DNA of 64,000 nucleotides from positions 44,394,001-44,458,000 of the forward strand of contig NC_087251.1 of the NCBI RefSeq assembly GCF_037042905.1, written 5' to 3'. The translations under genes and the position numbers were made by a program. This document shows positions 48,040-60,000 of this stretch, piece after piece. The stretch comes from Lytechinus pictus (taxonomy: Eukaryota). How positions within the stretch are numbered: the first letter of the stretch is position 1; each line of letters starts with the position of its first letter. A model generated the notes under the pieces. It did no database searches. It was not told the DNA's origin and was given only the letters and a program-made list of their open reading frames with translations.

Positions 48040-51000
48040 CTGTAACTAAGAATAACAAAATACATGAAATACATAAGAAACTGAGGGATGATGAATACAT
48101 ACAGATGATATAAAGTAAGTTGTTGCCAGCTGTTGAATGAGCCCCCCCCCCCCCCCAAATTGAGGATGCACAGCATGGCACATGGGACATTTATTGTCAA
48201 AGGTCACGAGTGAGCAAAAACGTTGACCTTTTAAAAATGAAAAATCAAACTTTGTGCCTGATTTGACCAACTACACAGAAAAAAAAAGTTTCTTGTTTTG
48301 CCCCTTTTCTTTTCTATTTCTTTTTTTTTTCTCCATTTTTTTCTTGGTCACAGAACTTTTCTTTTCTATAACCAGTACATACATTCAATGTTTTAAATTC
48401 TCAATATTAATGACAAATCCAATTCATTTTGTGAGATTTGGGGACCTAGTGTGCCTGCATGTACATGTATTTGTTTAAGGTAATTGAACTGGGATGTATA
48501 TTTGATCACTGAATGTGAACATATGCTGAGGTATTGAGGAATATCTGCACCTTTAACAATAAAAAATTATTATACTGAAAAATTGTAAAATTGCCTATCG
48601 TGATCATTTCCTTTAGTGTCGAGCAATGTACCATGAGCCTATTTGTTCAAGATAATTGAACAAGAATGCATATTTGATCACTTAATGTGAACAACAGTTG
48701 TCAAAAGGATGCACCTGTAAAAATCAATTGCATAATATCTTTAATTAAAAAATTTTCTTTCATATCTCCTTCCTATATTTTCAATCATTCCGATGCCAGA
48801 GCAGAATGATGAGTATTGGCAGAGCGGTCAACTTTCACATTTATCAGAGATAATTTACTGAGGACGAAAGGAGATCTTTCTCAATTACCCAAATCCAAAT
48901 GAAAGAAATCAATGTATGGATCAGGGAGATGTTAAAAATCTGCAGTTTTTCACTCCAAAATCGGTCAATTTTCAGAGAGTCTCCCTCACAATCAAGGAGA
49001 CATGGCAGTCCTGGCCCCGTCTCACAAAGAGTTGCGATTGATCCAATCAATCGCAACTATGGACGGCCAGCAACGTCGACATTTATTAGGCATGTTTGTT
49101 CAAAATATTTTCTAGCTATGATGTATATTCATGCATTAATTGTTTTCTTAAAAAATCACTGTGCTTCTGTTTGTTTACAAAGAACATTGTGCAAATTTCC
49201 TGTAGAAAATTTATGACACTGATGGATTTCCATAGAGTTATGATTGATTGGATGAATCGTAACTCTTTGTAAGACGGGCCCCAGGTATTGTCTGTTGTGA
49301 TATATTAGTTGATAAACTACGCTCATCTCAAACCCATGGCCGGTCATTATATTTTACTAATGACTGATCATGACTGGTTGTTAGTAAATCTTCTACATGT
49401 TAGGCAAATCAGTAGGTCACATGTTCAACTAATCATACTATCAGGATCCACTTTGTAATCTTATAATAGTGTTACAAGGATATGCGATATAATATGAGTT
49501 GACAGGAGACTAAAATAGGGAGCCAAGGCGAAAGCATTTCACCGCACTTTTGGTTTGCAAATTGTCTTTATTCTGTGTTTGATGTTGTGTTTGCAAGGTA
49601 TGCAATGTTGTAGGAGTGACTGTGGAAGTGTTCTGGAGGTTGATTGTGACAGTAGGAACTAACCTTGAAGTGCTGTCTGACTCGTCATACTGGAATGTGC
49701 GATGTCATAGACATGTAGGAAGACGTAGAGGATAGCCCTGTCCTTCCCATCAGTGGGGAGAGCTCCCGACTGAAGGTAGCTCAAGACATCACTGCTGTGA
49801 GCTGCAGAAACAATTGGGGATGTTGATTTTAATCAAAATAGGACAATTTTTTTTGTATTATCATCTTGAAAGCTATAAAGAGTGTCATTGGTATCTATAT
49901 ACTGAGGTATACTAAAAAGAGGTGCAATCACTATTTCAGAAAAAAAACTACAGGTAAGCTTCCTTAAGTCAACCTTCCGTACAGTGTAAGTAAAATTTCA
50001 CCCAAGGTGTTTAGACCAGGGCAACGTTGCATAAAAGTTACTATTATGGTAACTATGCCATCCAATGGTATCTTTAACAGAATCCTTGATTTTGATTGGC
50101 TATTGATCATTGTTGCCATGGTAGTTAGCCATTGGATGGCAAAGTTACCATAATGGTAACTTTTATGCAAAGGGAACCAGGTAGGTGTTTCATAAGCTTT
50201 CCATAAGTTACAAACAACTTTACGCACGAATGATGATCCTTTTATGTGCCTTTTATGATATATCCCTATTTTAATGATGCAGCAGCTAAGAACATGAACG
50301 AAAGTATGACTTAGGGTCGCACTTAAATGCCTAGTTGCGTGCAGTATATAAGGCACGACCGCATTGGTCAGGTCACGCCAAGAGGATGCGCATTACTGCG
50401 TATTGATCAATGAGATGCCGGGGGGGGGGGGGGGGGGGCGAGGCCCCCCCCCCCCCTTGAGATCACGGCCATCGACCGCACCAAAAGTTGGCACGCGGGT
50501 TGTCTGGGACATAATATACGAACTTGTATAGTAATATATTTCATGTGAATTGCTATTAAGTGATTATGCTAATTTATGCGTAATTAGTATGCGAAATCAT
50601 ACTTTTCCTCTTACTCCCTAAATAAAGCTCCAAATGTTCTAATTTTTGGTATAGAAACTCTTTGTGGTGTTCTTAGCAAGTGCACATAAACAAAACAAAA
50701 TTCCAATATCAAATCATTTTCTTATGTATTATATTGTTTTTTACAATTTCTTATGTATTTCTTTGTTTTTTTTTACTTTTTTTTTTTCATTTTTTTCAAT
50801 GAAATTTGTTGGGGACTCTTCTGAGATCATAAAAAGCATTAAATAAATACATTTAGACCTGCAAAACTAAAAATAATCATACATTTATGATTTTTGGTTG
50901 AAAACACAATTTGCATTGACTTTGTACACAAAATCACGTTTTTGAGCAATTTTTGGTCTGACATGCACTTACATAATGTTGCGTAATTTTGGGAACCATG

Positions 51001-54000
51001 TACCCGGGTGACGCAAAATTGGTCTCAAAAGTTGCGCAAGACTTGAAAGTAAAAAGTCCGCGAGTGGCGCGGTAAAAAAAATTCGCGCGGTGAAAATATT
51101 GCGCGAATTGTTGAGGGGGGGGGCCTCCGAGGCCCCCCCCCCCGGCCTAGATAGGGTTAAATCTCTATGAGACACCCCCCAGTTGTACGTAACTTTACAA
51201 ACAGCTTTATGAAACACCAACCAGATTAAAATCCACAAACTCTTCTATTAAAGAGGAATTTCTCTTTAGTCGAGCAGATTTCTGTGGTTCTGGGGTTTGA
51301 CTTAGGAAAATTTACCTGTATCTACTGAAGTGTCATTCTAATAACTGAACGTTAAAGAAATAGGAGATTACCTTGCAGCCATGTGTCGAGAACCGAGTCC
51401 AGTCTTGATTTGAAGTGCGCACAGGCCTCGGCATGGACCAGCCTTCTTCTCTGTGCGGTGGTCTGGTTAGACTTGTCCACAGGAGTTTTGACGGCAGGAT
51501 GATGGCTATAGTAGGCTAGTACCAGCTTGAGCTGCCATAGATCAGATGCATCCAAGCTCTCAAGTGGCTGTTCCAAAGACTAAAGGGTAAAGAAAGAAAG
51601 AGAAAATGGAGAGTCTCGTCAGGTTGCACACCCATAATTTTGTTTGCTTGCATCCTGTCTAAAGTAAATAGAGTATCACACACATGAATTAAAAAAACAT
51701 AATTATATGCCACTTCATCGAATTATGGTAGCAGTATAATTTTAACTTTAATGATATTTAATGGTTTCAAAGAAAGAGGGTTAATATTATTATTAATAAT
51801 AATTGTACATTTATATTGTGCAATTTCTATTTGTATATACTCAACTGCACATTACAATAATGAAAGATTAAATAGTTAAGATAAATACACACAAGTATGA
51901 TTAAGTTAATTACTGGAAAAGGGAATCCTATCTCTACAAATTATATAACAAAAAGTGACTTATTTATTGATACTCTCTTGAAAAAGGTAGGTTTTTAATT
52001 TAGTTTTGAAGAAGGTAATAGGTCTTGTTAACCCCGCCCCCCCCTGTATTTAGCATTGTGGATATGGATAAAGAAAAACCCAGGAAGACAAAAAGAAAAT
52101 GCAGACACTGTAAAGAAATCTGTAAATAATGATGATGATGATAATAATGATGATAATAATAATAAATAATAATAATATAATTTAAAAAAAAATGATAATA
52201 ATAAATTATTTCTCTGCTGGGGACAGTAATCGCTAGTCAGAATGACATTGGAATGGTGTTTTCAGTTACTTTCCACTTTTTTTAAGCAATAAATAATTAT
52301 TTCTGGGTAAAATGATCTTCAGGGCTTCATTTTTTTTATAGCATATCACAGACAAGGGTAACAAATGGGACCTTTAACATCTAAGGATTTGTTGAAGTCA
52401 AATGTTAACCAATCAAGATAATAATGAATGAATAAAAGATCCTTAAGACAAGGGTTCCCACAGAAATTTGAAAACAGAATTCCATGACTTTTCCATGACT
52501 AAAGTGCTGCTTTCCATGACTTTCCGGGAGATATGTAGAATTTGGGGTGTCATCAAACTGGGAAAAACAGAAATCATGAAGACCAATTATAATAGCAGAG
52601 TATGATCACAGAATATGAGAGTTGCGAGACACAACAAACTGGAAAGCTGCCATAGCCAAGATGTAAATGCAATTCCATGACTTTTCCATGACCTTTCACA
52701 AATTTTCCAAATTCCCTGACTTTCCATGACCACAATTTTTTCCAGGATAAAAGAGATACTGTATGATTACCTGATGTAGTTCGAGAAGCACTGGTAGAAC
52801 TGATAACTTCTCCTTGGTGACACTCTCAAAGAGCAAACTACCCATCATTAACGACTTCTCATCTTCCTGCAATGATAATCAAATGAAAATAATTATTAGA
52901 ATTAGGCAAAAAAAAAAAATCATCATTATCAGGGGGTACTTCTCACAACCTACTGCCTCAATCTGCAACATTGGATAAGCTTTAACACTGCAGTGTATGG
53001 GGATGAAAGGGGTCTTTTTTTAATAATTTTCCAAGGTTCTTTTGAGCATTTTGGGCTGAAATCGCCCCAAGCCCCCACATGTTTTTTTCTGATTGGAACT
53101 ATAGAACAACAAGGCAAAAGCAATTTTGTGTTTCGCCCACTTATGAAAATGACCAGAAATATTGTGATTTGCGAGGGCACGCAAGAGAATTATAACGAAA
53201 CTTCATTGTGAAATGACTGGGATGGAATAACACTTGTCATAAGAGCCTTGCACGTAAATGTTGACCTGAAAATGACCTTTGACCTTACCAGGTGACCTCT
53301 GACTGCAGCATAACATGCAGGTCGCCTAAGTACATCTACCATCCAAGTTTTGTTGAAAAGTAACTTACGGTTGCGGAGTTAGGTGTCATAAGAGAGTCTT
53401 GCATGTAAACTTTAACATTGACCTCAAGCTGACCTTTGACCTAACCATGTGACCTCCGACTGCAGCATAACATGCAGGTCCCCCAAGTCCATCTACCATC
53501 CAAGTTTGGATGAAATGCGACTTACGGTTGCGGAGTTAGGTGTCATAAGAGAGTCTTGCATGTAAACTTTAACGTTGACCTGAAAATGACCTTTGACCTT
53601 ACCATGTGACGTCCGACTGCAGCATAACATGCAGGTCCCCCAAGTCCATCTACCATCCAAGTTTGGTGGAAATGCGACTTACGGTTGTGGAGTTATGTGT
53701 CATTAGGTTTGTGACGGACGGACGACATTTGGATCCCTAAGTCTCGCCTTCACCTCCGGTGGGCGAGACAAAAATATGAGGCAACCCATCCGCATTCAAA
53801 AGGGCAACACCATAAAATAATCAACCTTTGTGTATGTATTTCTGACCCCAGTGTTCTCAATTCTTTGTTGACTTCATGAACTTCTCAAGCCAAGATAATA
53901 CGACAGCATTTCAGCTTTTAGACCTCAAAATACAACCAATTTAATGAATCCTGGTATAGCATAGCCGAAAGAAGCTCGGTCTGATTAGTGCTAAGCTGAA

Positions 54001-57000
54001 CAGAAAAGAAGTTCTACCTGTTTCGGCTTATCCGAGTTCCACCAGCAGAACTGCTTCACAAAGGTGAGGATGTAGGGGTCAGAGGTGAAAGACTCAATCA
54101 GCTTGAGGTCAGAGGTCGAATGGTTAGAGGTTTCGTGGGTCAAGAGCTGGGCCAGAAGACTACGGTATCCCTGCATCAATAAGGAAAGAGAACAGTTAAT
54201 CTAAATGGTGCATTTTCATTTTGAATGAGTTCTTCATTTACATTGGATAGAGCAAATGGTATCACTGATATTGATAGTTGTCTCCACTGTTCTCTTACTC
54301 ATCGCTGCTTATCTTTTTAAGGATTTCTAAACTTATCTACTCTTCTGGTCAGAGCCATCATTTCACATCTAGTTTACTGTCCTTTTAAGGACTTTGCCAT
54401 ATATCACAAGATATTTCTTACTCTCATCTTTCTCTTTCTTGCCCATCATTTTCATTTCTATCAATCCATCATCAAACAGTCCTGCCAAGACTAAATACAT
54501 TTTGAACCAAAAACCTCTTCCACATTATCTGTACCATCATGCAAAGTTTCAAAGATCAGGCACCCATCTCATTATAAGAGTTACAACTATTGTAGCTTTG
54601 TCATTTTGGCAACTAAATGTACCATGACGGTAACAGGGTTTAGCGGTTCCATGGCATTTGCTCCGGCGACAATTGCTCTGCTATAGATTCCTCACACCAA
54701 TAAAAAATACTGACTTCAACCCTGGATTTAAGACTATACCCTGTCCTAAACCTAAAACAAACTCTATTGCAACCCAAACTCTAACCCTACAGCTGAAGAT
54801 GAAATAGAGCCCGGAGCAATTGTCGCAGGACCACGTCGTGTCACCGATTTAGCAGCCCATTAAAAAAAAAAAGGTTTCAATGGAAGTTACAATAATGGCA
54901 ACGTTAAAGTAGTTCTTAAGTCTTTGTGAAATGGGCCCAGGGCAAATTTGGTTATTTCTGCACATCTTGTGAACTGTATTACCTTAGGATCTTCAGCGTA
55001 AGAGAGATGTCCAGCTCTCTGCTTGACAAACAGGGTTCCTCCAGAGGTCAAGAGACCTTTCAGGGTCTCAAGGTCATGCTCAAGGTCAAGGGTCACACCG
55101 AGGTACCTGGGACCTACTATCCGCACCTGTTAAGAGAAAGCACATATAAGCAAAAGGTGAACAGAGACCTAATGAAGTTGCCCTCTCAAATTTTACTTAC
55201 AAAATGGATTCATATAGAAAAAAAATAATGCTATAATACATTGATAAGGGATTTAACATCCAAATAGCCCAAGTGAAACGGCCCTAAACTCTGCATAGTC
55301 ATTTTCAACTACAAGATTTCTAAACAATATTTGCGATCCGTTTTACTACCAGCTTGCCAGTTTAGCCAGCGTTTATTACAAATATTTGACGTCTTTCAAA
55401 GGAAAGCTTTAGAATTCATGGAGAACTGCGAGTATGATAATTTACACTTGAGCGTTGTTCTCCTTTATGACTTTGTGCAGAGAATTCACCCTTTTGGCCA
55501 TTGGCACAAAATAAAGAAGGAAAAAAAAGTGCAGCATTAAAGTTAACCCTATTTTGTCTTTTGTAAAAATTAAATGCAAGAAAGATGATGGAAGGCAGCC
55601 AGATGAACCCAAAGATCAACACAGTCAGTGCAGTTTAATAGTGTAATACAGCTGCATGTGCACCTGATGTGCAAACATACAGCCTGCGCACATACACAAA
55701 AGGTGCAGTTAGAAATTGAACACTGGACACCAAAAATTGGCGATGTCCATCAAATTTTATACAGCGGGGCGCCCAAATTCACTTGTATAGCTAATTCCCC
55801 AATGAGCAAGTAACATTCAAGTCTATTAAAATGATGCAAATGGAATGATATAATTACCCTCTTGAGAGTAGATAGTTCACCGATGATGCAGGGCGCCATC
55901 AGCTTCAAGATCGTCTCATCATGCCACTCAGATTCCTACATGACAAGGATAAAAAATACATTTCTAACATTGGCGATGAATGAATCAATGAATAGCGGCA
56001 AGAACATAATAATAATAATGGTATATTTACCCAGGGTAGCCACTTCAGTTCCAAAAACTGTTCTCCCAGCGGGCCCTGCTATTATTATTACCCGGCTAAG
56101 CTTGGCTACCTATTCAGGTGCACACAGCTTTTTGAGGAATTACTTCCTGCCGGTACCCATTTACCTCACCTGGGTTGAGTGCAGCACACTGTGGATGGAT
56201 TCCTTGCCGAAGGAAATTACGCCATGGCTGGGATTTGAACCCACGACCCTCTTTCAAAGTCCGGAGACTAATCCACTGGGCCACAACGCTCCACATACTT
56301 GCTTAGTTTGGGCGGTCTTTTGCAGGACCAAACAAATGCCTTCAAAAAAATACATGGTGCACTGTGAAAACCTCCACATTGAAACCGGCATAACCTTGTT
56401 GTATTAGATTTTCTGGGATATAGAGATTATCATCTAATAACTGACATTTTTTTTTTTTAAAGCATAGGTATCATATGCTTTTTGCGATTACCTATATCAC
56501 AGTATTCAAAAGACAACCAAAATGAATATTATATAAAATAAGAAAAGGTTAATAACAGCACATGATTCTATGCATTGAACCTGTTTAAAGGTAAAAGACA
56601 GTAGTTGCAGCAAACAATTATTTCATGAGAAAGTCTTTAAAATCTAGGTTAATTGCCACAATATTCTCATAGCTCTAGACCTGGTACATTGAAATAAACT
56701 TATCTTTGTGAAATCATGAAAATTTAGCTGAAATTCGATAAGTCTGATGATCACTAACACAGGAAAGCATATGTGGAACAGTATATTAATATTGCTCGGA
56801 AAAATACCCGACATTTGATGGAATTCCGTGCTTATTTTGCTCATTTCTCAGCAATTACGCATCTTCTTCCAGAGCCACTTGGCACATATTTTTTATTCAT
56901 AGATACAAACACTTGGGTGGTACAAAAATACAATACAAAATACAATGTCTGACTTTCTTATCTTTGTGAACCCCCCCCCCCATGAATGGTCAAATATAGT

Positions 57001-60000
57001 GTGTTACCTTTAGGGTGACTTCTAGAGGTACATAGCAAGGTTTGCCGGTCCCAACGTCTTTAGGAAGGATCAACCTCGGCTCAGCTGCTAACACATACAG
57101 GTGCCTCAAAGCCTGGAGATGGTATCTGTGAATATATTCATAATAAAAATAGCCATTAGGAGGAGCCAATCGGGTTGCCCACTCAACGGGGCATGATATA
57201 TGTGACCCGACACCCCAAAACCAACAATAAGTCACCCAAAATGAATTTTGAGACTTTGTTTGAGCTTGAGAAATCACATCCAAAGCTTCAAAATGATATA
57301 TAATTTCTCAGAATTTATCAAAAATAATCTAATCAAGAAATTGATTGAATGCAGAAGAAATTCAGTGAGATCATCAAAGAATACTGAGAAAACAGTGCTT
57401 AAAGTTTGGAGTTCACTCAAGCATGAGGGGTGCATGCTGCAATCTTTATGAGATTCCAAACTGTCCAGGACAAAAATGGTAACCCCCCTGTATCTGATCT
57501 TTTATTAACTTATACAGTATGAAGAAGGGTGGAGGCATACAAATCCATGCTTTCAAAAATGGTTGGATTGAAATTGAAAAGCAATGAAATCTCTTAGATA
57601 CTTTGAAACAGAACTCACTGCTCTCACAAACACAGTCATCGTCATCTGGTGGGTGCTTCAGACATCTAGAGGAGGAACATTTACTTACTAGGTGGTAAGT
57701 CAATTACATAGGTATTATCATGTAGCAGTTGTTTGTTGCTAGTGACTTACAAACATCTTTATGGCACACCCACCAGGTACACCATTAAAAGCTACAGAAT
57801 CAAATAAACCCCGACCTGTTGCCTTTACTGTTCCCTGGAAAACACGGGAAGAGGCTTGTAACAAGGGCAGCTACGGACTCCTGAGACGTGCTGAGGGTAT
57901 AGCGCCCTCCTCCCATGAACAAGAGTCCAATGGCCATGGAGCATGCCATGTGATTGCCGTACGAGATGTCGTTGTGGACCCGGCTGCGGAGACCGCGGGC
58001 GACGCGCAACAGTTCAATGTCGCCAGTACCAGCCATAACCTGGAAAGCGAGAAAAGCACAATTATAGTGGAACCTGTATATGGTCAATTCCAGCGTAACG
58101 GACATGACGTTCAGACAAATTTTTGTGATTCAAAGGTTTATACAGTAGAATTAGCAGTCTTTTGATAATTGTTACTGAGCTTATCAGACACATTTAAGTA
58201 TCAGTTACATACACATGAAATTACAAATCGTTCCGTTGAACAGTTGCAGAGAAATTGCACTCTTTGTGAGCGTAACGGACATGACACGAAATGGACGAAG
58301 CATTTTTACCTCCTATTGCTTATAAAAATTCCTGTGAATTCTTAGATTGCATGCACCCGATAGTGGTGTTAATTTAACCTTAAGATCATGCTCTATCCAT
58401 AAAATGGTGTTTAACAACAGTTTTGCAGTGCATTCTTTATTCATAGCTCAAAATGTAGCGTAACGGACATGACACACGAAGCGTAACGGACATGACAGTT
58501 TCGTCCACTTTTTGTAAGCGAATATAATTATTTTATTACAAGATATGGTACAAGTCTAATTGTTTACATGTTAAGGCTAGAGGTTAGAGACACACATCAT
58601 AACTGGTAATCTGTAATATCTCCTATTATTTTGCAATTTGAGAGAGGGTCTTTTCATACAATATTTATAAAACAAAAAAATATTAAAAAAAAATTATTTT
58701 ACACCAGCTAAATACAGTTAATTAGTATTTTCCAGTTACTACCATCCGCCACACCTAATTAAAAGAGAAAAAGTTGATAGTAAAGATTATTTTTTATTCA
58801 TGGCTTACTATTTGACAATATACACTAGCGTAACGGACATGACACCCTTACGAAGTGAACTTCATCAGCACTTCTTAGTTTCAAAATGAAAGAAATATGA
58901 ATAATGAATGTAATTATGTAACAGCAAAATACCTTTACTAAAATTCTTAAGAAAAACATGTAGATATTATTGGCAGGTATTATTAATTTAATAGCTATAG
59001 CCTACATGATAATTTTATATAGAATACAATGTTTATAGTACCATTACGACACACTGAGAAGACCAAATCCCATTTTTTGTGAGAAGAAAAAAAATGTACC
59101 AGACCTGTATAAATCGAAGATGAACATATTATGAAATGTATTTTATGATAATGAATATGTACTAGTATTAATGTCAGTTTTAAGATTAAAAAAAATGATA
59201 TTAAAAAGTATTTTAAAATTTAATAGCAGTACCTGGAAACCAGTCTTTCATTATCGAGTATGAGTTGAAAGGTAATCGGGATGTTTGTAAATCGCTTCTG
59301 AGATTTTTTGTCATTCAAATTAAATATCATCCTGAGTATAATCATCCGTTCATCAAAGCTTGGATGTTCTAAATCTTACGATCTTGCTTGCTAACAAATG
59401 TGGCTGTATCTAATTTCGTTGCATTGTCCGCGCTGCTTGTGTACAAATGAAGATACATCATTCAAATCGTGATTATGGCTGACCAAAATACTATGATGAC
59501 ATAACTTTATTTTATTGATCGCGCCACATTCCTTCCACAGCCCCTTTGCTTTGTGATATTGCAAAGAAGTGCCACTGTAGATTCATGGATTCACAGAGCT
59601 ACATCATGTAACACAGATATCTGAATACAAACTTGTTTTCAAATGTGAGCCCGTGCCATCACTGAAGAAGTTGAGGTTGGTGAAAGTCAGATACTTTGAA
59701 GCAATATCATCAATGATCTCATGAATTCACAAGTTGGAATTTTATCATGCCAAACTGTCAGTGCAAACACCAAAGATAATCAATTGTATTGTTCAAACAC
59801 AAATGATACAGATTGTGATTTGAGTATGTTGCCAGATCTAGCTTCATCTTATCCTAATATTATGTGGCATACCGTTAATTCTCAGAAAAATATACCAAAA
59901 CAAGAACTGAACTTTCATCATTAACCAACTTCTAAAAATAGCTTGAATGACATGCAGATTCTAGGAGTTATTACATCCAGCTATCCTCAAGCAATTGAGA

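Noticed and set aside
55862..56407. 181-aa plus-strand ORF
   Set aside because: Chance read-through of an antisense ANAPC1 exon plus a SINE.
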